64,000 bases of DNA from Opitutaceae bacterium (GTDB lineage: Bacteria > Verrucomicrobiota > Verrucomicrobiia > Opitutales > Opitutaceae). Location of the stretch: positions 5,897-69,896 of the forward strand of contig JAUSID010000128.1 in the NCBI GenBank assembly GCA_030648295.1, read 5' to 3'. A program made the translations under genes and the position numbers. The notes under the pieces are model-generated. The model made no database searches and was not told the origin of the DNA. It saw nothing but the letters and a program-made list of their open reading frames with translations. Shown here piece after piece: positions 58,178-64,000 of this stretch. Position 1 is the first letter of the stretch. Each line of letters opens with the position of its first letter.

Positions 58178-58497
58178 CGACATGATTGGGTGCGCGTTCC
58201 GGGAGGGCCCGGCTTCGTCCGGACCGCGGTCGACGCGGAGGTCGGCCCTTCATCGAAGCGTGGAGAATCATGGCGCTGGGTATGGTTCAGGGATTTAGGT
58301 CAGTGCCCACTCGCGACGATGGGTATGCGTTACACCGGCTCGCTCCGCGCTCGCCACTTCATGCGCAACCTAATTGGCCGGATGCGAAACGCAGCGGCGC
58401 GGCAGGATGACAGTCGCATTGGCGGGCAACAATTTCCGTCTCGGATCGCACCTGTTCGGGATTTCACGGTCTCATCGGGAATCCCCACCAAGGACCC

Positions 58498-59103
58498 ATG
58501 AAAATCCATCCTACGATTATCGTCTGTTCACTGGCAGCGGCATTGTGCGCTTCACCCATGTTTGCCCAAGGAAAGGGTGGCGGTGGCGGCGGCGGTCAGG
58601 GCGCCGGCAAAGGGGGCGGCGTTGGACAACCACCGGGTGCCATGCCGCCACGAGGCAACGACGCGGCGCCGGGACACCAACCTGATCGCTCGATCGGAAA
58701 CGACGACGCCAACAGCCGGGCGGACCGCGCGGGCAAGGGCAAGGGAGCGTCCGGTGCCGCGCAGGATCTTTCGAGTTCGATGCACGAGATCAATCAGACG
58801 GCGTTCGCACAGCGACGCCAACTGATGAGCAGCGTCGACATGAAACTGAAATCCAGTCGCGATGCGCTGCGGCAGATTCAGGAAAACGCCAGGAATCTCC
58901 GGGAAGATGCGCGCAGTGAGTTCAAGCGCGCGCTTGGGGACGTGAAGGCCCGCGAACGCGAAGTGGACGGGAGTCTCAAGGCGACCCGCAGGTCGACCGA
59001 GGCCACCTGGCCGAACGATCGCGAAATCCTCGCGCGCGCATATCGCAGCCACGCCGAGGCCATGGCCCGGCTCGAGGCGATCGCGCGCCCGCCGAAGCTG
59101 TAG
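58498..59103 (+). CDS. Secreted hypothetical protein, Gly-rich N-terminus and helical C-terminus
   Basis: Signal peptide ending FA|Q, Gly-rich linker, coiled-coil-like region. Confidence 0.7.
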   Translation: MKIHPTIIVCSLAAALCASPMFAQGKGGGGGGGQGAGKGGGVGQPPGAMPPRGNDAAPGHQPDRSIGNDDANSRADRAGKGKGASGAAQDLSSSMHEINQTAFAQRRQLMSSVDMKLKSSRDALRQIQENARNLREDARSEFKRALGDVKAREREVDGSLKATRRSTEATWPNDREILARAYRSHAEAMARLEAIARPPKL

Positions 59104-59258
59104 TCCGGCTTTCGCCGCCTCCCGTTCGTATCCGTTATGGTCCCACGGACGGCGGCGAAAGGTTCTGCGTCACGTCGCCGCTTTTCAGCGGTTTTCACGT
59201 AATACGTTAAGACGGAAAGCGCTGGCTTCTCTTTTCGCCCGCAATTGAATGCGCGGCG

Positions 59259-60110
59259 ATGGGACTCATCGACACGCACACGCATCTCGAGTCGTTCGCG
59301 CGCAAGGGCTCGCTGGCGGCGGTGCTCGCCCGCGCGCGTGATGCCGGCGTAGACGCGATGATCACGATCGGAACTTCGCCCGATGACTGGACGCTCTATC
59401 ACGGGATGGCGGCCGGGCATCGTGGCTTCATCCATTATGCGGTCGGGCTTCACCCGTGTTCGGTCGATGCGGCATGGGAGGCGGCGGTCGCGCAAATTGA
59501 AGCGTTCTGGAACCGCAGTGGGTCCGGGATGCAGCCGCAGGAAACAAACACCGGGCGGCTGGAAACCGGTGGCGTTTTTCCCGTCGCGCTCGGCGAGTGC
59601 GGACTCGACCGGTTTCATTTGCCGACGGAGCCCGCGGAGGCTGAAAAGATTTTCCAGTGGCAGCGCGCGGCCTTTGTCGAGCAGCTCGCGATCACGAAGC
59701 GGCTCGCGTGCCCGGTGGTGGTACATTCGCGCGGTGCCTTCCGCGAGTGCGTGGACATCATCGATGCGAGCGGCGTCGATTGGCGCCGCGTCGTGTTTCA
59801 CTGCTTTACGGAAGGCGAGGCGGAGATGGCCGAGTTGACCCGCCGCGGCGGAGTTGGATCGTTCACCGGAATCCTGACCTACAAGAACGCGGATTCAATT
59901 CGGGCGGCGGCGAAAACGCAGGGACTCGGGAAGTTCATGGTGGAAACCGACGCGCCATATCTCACACCGATGCCGCATCGCGGAAAGCCGAACGAGCCCG
60001 CGTTCGTCCGGCACACGGCGGAATTCGCGGCCGCCGAAGTATTTGGCGTCAGCTACGACGAACTTTCCGGATGCGCGTCCGGTAACGCCCGCCAATTCTT
60101 CTCACTCTAG
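59259..60110 (+). CDS. tatD: TatD-family hydrolase with a short insert
   Basis: DTHTH, GLHP, GECGLD, HSR, HCF, ETDAPY. Confidence 0.93.
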   Translation: MGLIDTHTHLESFARKGSLAAVLARARDAGVDAMITIGTSPDDWTLYHGMAAGHRGFIHYAVGLHPCSVDAAWEAAVAQIEAFWNRSGSGMQPQETNTGRLETGGVFPVALGECGLDRFHLPTEPAEAEKIFQWQRAAFVEQLAITKRLACPVVVHSRGAFRECVDIIDASGVDWRRVVFHCFTEGEAEMAELTRRGGVGSFTGILTYKNADSIRAAAKTQGLGKFMVETDAPYLTPMPHRGKPNEPAFVRHTAEFAAAEVFGVSYDELSGCASGNARQFFSL

Positions 60111-60130
60111 GTTTTCGCGCCGCGAAAACC

Positions 60131-60430
60131 TCAGGCCTCGTCGAACTTGCGTGCAAAAAGCGCGTCGATTTCGGCCAGCATCCCGCTGGCGTCCTCGCCC
60201 GTGGCGATGAACTTCACTTTGGAGCCTTTGCCCGCCGCGAGCATCATCAAACCCATGATGCTCTTGCCGTTTACCTGTTCCTCGTCCTTTTCCACGAACA
60301 CCTCCGACTTAAATTTATTGGTAACCCGGACGATCATGGCGGCGGGGCGGGCGTGAATTCCCATTTTGTTCTGCACGACCAACTCCTTTGTAACGGGCTG
60401 GAGGGCCGCCGACGCGTCGCTTTTGTTCAT
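60131..60430 (-). CDS. ptsH: HPr phosphocarrier protein
   Basis: GIHARPA and NGKSIMG motifs. Confidence 0.93.
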   Translation of the reverse strand: MNKSDASAALQPVTKELVVQNKMGIHARPAAMIVRVTNKFKSEVFVEKDEEQVNGKSIMGLMMLAAGKGSKVKFIATGEDASGMLAEIDALFARKFDEA

Positions 60431-60509
60431 GGATGCTGAAAAGACCGGCCAAATTCCGGGCGGTGGCGGCGGCTTGCAACCCAAAAACCGAAAGTCAGGC
60501 TGCGCCTCG

Positions 60510-61259
60510 ATGGCACAGACCGCGATCATCGTCCCATGTCGCCTCGAATCCACGCGATTCCCCCGCAAGCTGTTGCACATGATTAGAGGCAAGCCGCTTG
60601 TGCTGTGGGTGGCGGAGCGAATCGCTCGCGAGGCGCCCGAATTTCCACTCTGGTTCGCGGTCGATCACGAGTTGTTGCGTGATTGTGTGGCCGGCGCGGG
60701 ATTTCGCGCGTTGATGACGGCTCCCTCGCATCAAACCGGCACCGATCGGCTGGCGGAGGCAAACCGGGCGGTGCGCGCGGACTTCGTGGTCAACGTCCAG
60801 GCGGACGAGCCGCTGGTGACGGGCGCGCAAATCCGGATGCTGGCGCGGCTTTTGAGCGGAGGCGCGCCGATGGCGACGCTCGCGACCGCGTTCCGGCGCG
60901 CCGCGGATTTCACCAACCCAAACCAAGTGAAGGTGGTCCTCGCCATGGCGGCGCGGAGGGCGCTGTTTTTTTCCCGCTCGCCGATTCCGTTCGCCCGTGA
61001 TCGCGGCGGCGCGGTGGACGACGCTTGGGTGAATGCACACGCGTGCTACAAACATCTCGGGCTTTACGGTTACAGCGACGAGCTGCTGCAAAAGTATGCC
61101 ACGCTGCCGCCCGGGCGGCTCGAGCAAATCGAGAAACTCGAGCAGCTCCGGGTACTCGAGAACGGTTATGAGATCGCGTGCGACATTACCGAGGATCCGA
61201 CCATCGGCGTCGACACGCCGGAAGACGCGGTGCTTTTCGAGCGCAGTATCGGCGCGTAG
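60510..61259 (+). CDS. kdsB: 3-deoxy-manno-octulosonate cytidylyltransferase
   Basis: RLESTRFPRK, GTDR, NVQADEP, VKVV, LEQLRVLENG, GVDTPED. Confidence 0.95.
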   Translation: MAQTAIIVPCRLESTRFPRKLLHMIRGKPLVLWVAERIAREAPEFPLWFAVDHELLRDCVAGAGFRALMTAPSHQTGTDRLAEANRAVRADFVVNVQADEPLVTGAQIRMLARLLSGGAPMATLATAFRRAADFTNPNQVKVVLAMAARRALFFSRSPIPFARDRGGAVDDAWVNAHACYKHLGLYGYSDELLQKYATLPPGRLEQIEKLEQLRVLENGYEIACDITEDPTIGVDTPEDAVLFERSIGA

Positions 61260-61269
61260 CCGTTGCGCG

Positions 61270-61460
61270 GCGGTTCTGGGTTTTGGGTTCTGAGTTTGTT
61301 TCGGGTTTCGCGTTTCGAGTTTCGGGTGGAAATCCGAATCGAATTTGGCGCGAGGGGCCTCATCACGAACAACCGGCAACTCAGACCTCAGAACCCAAAA
61401 CTCAGAACCCAGAACCCAGTACCGAACCGCGCGCGCAGCGCGAGAACCCGAAACCCGCAA
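61270..61460. repeat. Heptamer tandem-repeat hairpin between convergent genes
   Basis: ggttctg/ggttttg/ggtttcg units on the left facing cagaacc/caaaact/gaaaccc units on the right. Confidence 0.8.
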
Positions 61461-61505
61461 ATCGCTAGATTCCTTGAAACGCGAAAGTTATTGTGAACAG
61501 GTCAA

Positions 61506-61578
61506 GCTTGCCCGCCTTCGGCGGCGCCGTAGGCGGCCAGGGTTTACCCGCCTGCGGCGGCGCCGAAGGCGACCAGGG
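61506..61578 (+). repeat. Two tandem copies of a 37-nt REP-like unit
   Basis: gcttgcccgccttcggcggcgccgtaggcggccaggg and gtttacccgcctgcggcggcgccgaaggcgaccaggg. Confidence 0.8.
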
Positions 61579-61597
61579 TTTTCGAAAATTCCTAAAC

Positions 61598-61683
61598 TGT
61601 CATTCTGAGGGCCGCCGAAGAATCCAGTGGCGCGTCCGGCTGCGAGCATCGTGCTGGATTCTTCGCCAAGCCTCAGAATGACA
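61598..61683. repeat. GTCATTCTGAG-type palindromic element
   Basis: tgtcattctgagg/cctcagaatgaca outer arms and cgaagaatccag/ctggattcttcg inner arms. Confidence 0.8.
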
Positions 61684-61719
61684 AACTGGGAATTGTGTCG
61701 GGTCTGCGGCGGAACCTTG

Positions 61720-62892
61720 CTAGATTTTGCCCGCTTTGCGCGCTTCCACCATCCGGTAGAAGTCGACGAACAGGGGATCGGCGTCGTTCGGGCCCGGCGC
61801 GGCCTCGGGGTGGTATTGAACGCTGAACACCGGCAGCGTCTTGTGACGCAGGCCTTCGACGGTGTTGTCGTTGAGATTGATCTCCGTGATCTTCGCGCCG
61901 CGGTTCTCGATCGATTTCGGGTCGGTGGCGAAACCGTGGTTCTGGGCCGTGATCGAAACCTTTCCGGTCTCCAGGTTTTTCACCGGCTGGTTGCCGCCAC
62001 GATGACCGAACTTCAGCTTGAATGTCTCGCCGCCCAGCGCGTGCGTGAGCATCTGGTGGCCGAGACAGATCCCGAACATCGGGAATTCCGGCAGCAATGC
62101 TGTCACGGTTTTGTGGATATATGGCAGCGCCGCCGGGTCGCCGGGCCCGTTCGAGAGGAACACCGCGTCGGGGTTCTGCTCGCGCACCATTTCCGCCGTC
62201 GCGGTCGCGGGGAACACCTGCACCCCGAACCCGTGGTTCACCAGCTTGCGAAAAATGCTGTGTTTCGCGCCGTAATCGAAGGCTGCCACGCGAAACTTCC
62301 GCGTCGGTGCGCTGGGCGCGTTCATCGTCGTGCCCACGGGGAAATACGGCTGGTTATGGTTTGCCGGATCATCCGGGCGCCAGATGTAGGGCTCGCGCGT
62401 GGTCACATCCTTGACGTAGTCCGTCCCCGCCATGTCGCGCCACGCCCGCGCGCAGGCCACGGCGTCGGCCTCCGATACCGGGAGCGTGCTGAGACAGCAT
62501 TTCATCGCGCCATCGACGCGCAGTTTTTTCGTCAATGCCCTCGTATCGACTTCGCTGATGCAAGGGATGCCGTATTTCCGCAGGTAGTCGTCCAGGGAAA
62601 GTTTGCTGCGCCAGTTGCTGACGACCGGAGAAAGTTCCCGCACCACCAAGCCGCTGCATTTCGGGACGGATGCCTCGGTGTCCTCATCGTTGACGCCATA
62701 GTTGCCAATCTGGACGGCGGTCATCGTCACGATCTGCCCGAAATACGATGGGTCGGTGAGAATCTCCTGATACCCCGTCATCGAGGTGTTGAAGACGCAC
62801 TCCCCCGACACGGTGACGTCGGCACCAAAGGCTCGACCGCGAAAAATCGAGCCATCCTCGAGGGCCAGAAGGGCGGGCTTCCGTGTAGGCAT
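61720..62892 (-). CDS. carA: Carbamoyl-phosphate synthase small subunit
   Basis: FNTSMTGYQE, DPSY, LSNGPGDP, GICLGHQ, QYHPEAAPGP. Confidence 0.97.
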   Translation of the reverse strand: MPTRKPALLALEDGSIFRGRAFGADVTVSGECVFNTSMTGYQEILTDPSYFGQIVTMTAVQIGNYGVNDEDTEASVPKCSGLVVRELSPVVSNWRSKLSLDDYLRKYGIPCISEVDTRALTKKLRVDGAMKCCLSTLPVSEADAVACARAWRDMAGTDYVKDVTTREPYIWRPDDPANHNQPYFPVGTTMNAPSAPTRKFRVAAFDYGAKHSIFRKLVNHGFGVQVFPATATAEMVREQNPDAVFLSNGPGDPAALPYIHKTVTALLPEFPMFGICLGHQMLTHALGGETFKLKFGHRGGNQPVKNLETGKVSITAQNHGFATDPKSIENRGAKITEINLNDNTVEGLRHKTLPVFSVQYHPEAAPGPNDADPLFVDFYRMVEARKAGKI

Positions 62893-63190
62893 TAAGGTCG
62901 AACGAAAGGTTTTGGCCCGGGCTTTTGCGAACAAAAACCCGGGGCAAAACCAAAGTTTTCCGCCGCCGGTGGAAACTTGAGGAAAATCCCATCGCCCGAA
63001 CAGACCATTGCCGCCGCGCTGTTCTTCGACTCCAGGGAGGTCGCTGTGCCCAAGGGGCGCGGGATGAATTCCCCGCATCATTTGACAGGGACGGATTCGG
63101 CCGCAGACTCTGGCCCTTCGCGATTTGCGAGAACACACAAAAATGCGTCCAAGTGACAGTGCCGAAAACGCGGCAGAGCGCTGCCAACCA

Positions 63191-64000
63191 ATGGACGGAG
63201 TCGCTTGCCAGAGCGCTGAGTTTTTACCGGGCTCGGACGGGAATAACTCCTGGTTCGAGGGCCAGGGCCTCTGGCAGCACATTCCCGAAAGCGACTGGCG
63301 CGACTGGACCTGGCAGCTGAAAAACCGGATTACCACCGTCGCGCAGCTCGAACAGTTCATGACGTTGACGGCCGAGGAGAAGGCCGGATGCGCGTTCGCG
63401 AATCAGAAGCTGGCGCTCGCCATCACACCGTATTTTTTCAACCTGATCGATCGATCGGATCCGGACTGCCCGATCCGCAAGCAGGTCATTCCGCGAGCCG
63501 GCGAAATGGTCATTTCGGATGGCGAAATGCTGGACTCCCTCGGCGAGGATGAGCACTCGCCTGTTGCCGGGCTGGTTCATCGCTACCCCGACCGTGTGCT
63601 GTTCCTCGTCACGGACCGGTGTGCGGCGTACTGCCGCTATTGCACGCGCAGCCGGCTGGTTTCGAACGCGCAGGACTACAACTTTCACCCGGAGTACGAG
63701 CAGGGATTGCGCTACATCGAGGCGCATCCCGAAATCCGCGACGTGTTGCTCTCCGGCGGTGATCCACTGCTGCTCTCGGACAAGAAGCTCGAACACCTGC
63801 TCGCGCGACTCCGTGAAATCAAGCACGTGGAGTTCATCCGGATTGGATCGAGGATCCCGGTATTCCTGCCGCAGCGGATCACGCCCGCGCTCGCCGACAT
63901 CTTTAAAAAGTACGGGCCGATTTGGATGAGCATCCACGTCAATCATCCGAAGGAGTGCACGGCCGAGCTGCGCGCGGCGTGCGACCGGCTGTCGTTTGCC
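63191..64000 (+). CDS. KamA-family radical SAM protein (lysine 2,3-aminomutase-like), runs off window
   Basis: W.WQLKNRI, ITPYF, HRYPDR, CAAYCRYC, LLSGGDPL, IRIGSR, HVNHP; read by hand, start inferred. Confidence 0.92.
   Translation, partial: MDGVACQSAEFLPGSDGNNSWFEGQGLWQHIPESDWRDWTWQLKNRITTVAQLEQFMTLTAEEKAGCAFANQKLALAITPYFFNLIDRSDPDCPIRKQVIPRAGEMVISDGEMLDSLGEDEHSPVAGLVHRYPDRVLFLVTDRCAAYCRYCTRSRLVSNAQDYNFHPEYEQGLRYIEAHPEIRDVLLSGGDPLLLSDKKLEHLLARLREIKHVEFIRIGSRIPVFLPQRITPALADIFKKYGPIWMSIHVNHPKECTAELRAACDRLSFA

Noticed and set aside
62893-63190. Riboswitch or attenuator between carA and the KamA-family gene
   Set aside because: No recognisable aptamer consensus or terminator/antiterminator pair.

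Overview
High-GC bacterial chromosome segment. Gene content and repeat style suggest Verrucomicrobiota/Opitutaceae (inference). Most of it is housekeeping: rpsA (partial), asd, ilvN-ilvC, hemC/hemD, trpF, hrpB, a DinG-family helicase, dnaE2, tatD, ptsH, kdsB, carA, a KamA-family radical SAM gene (partial) and two tRNAs. Accessory parts: (i) a ~10 kb defence island after tRNA-Val, with a PLD-nuclease/SF2 helicase, a DUF3800 gene overlapped at its 3' end by a structured-RNA candidate, an N6-adenine MTase of type IIG/Eco57I style, an AbiEi/AbiEii-like pair with a duplicated antitoxin C-domain between them, and an IS91 remnant; (ii) an operon of a tandem double adenylate kinase, polyP:AMP phosphotransferase and a SulP-STAS-cNMP transporter; (iii) a response regulator/GspE-PilB/pilin cluster. 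Two non-gene signals stand out. REP-like palindromes sit in frame inside four conserved proteins (DegT, HrpB, DnaE2 twice, TatD). Many intergenic gaps hold hairpins built from degenerate 6-10 bp tandem repeats. Two genes are pseudogenised by internal deletions. All calls come from reading motifs by eye; no database searches were run.
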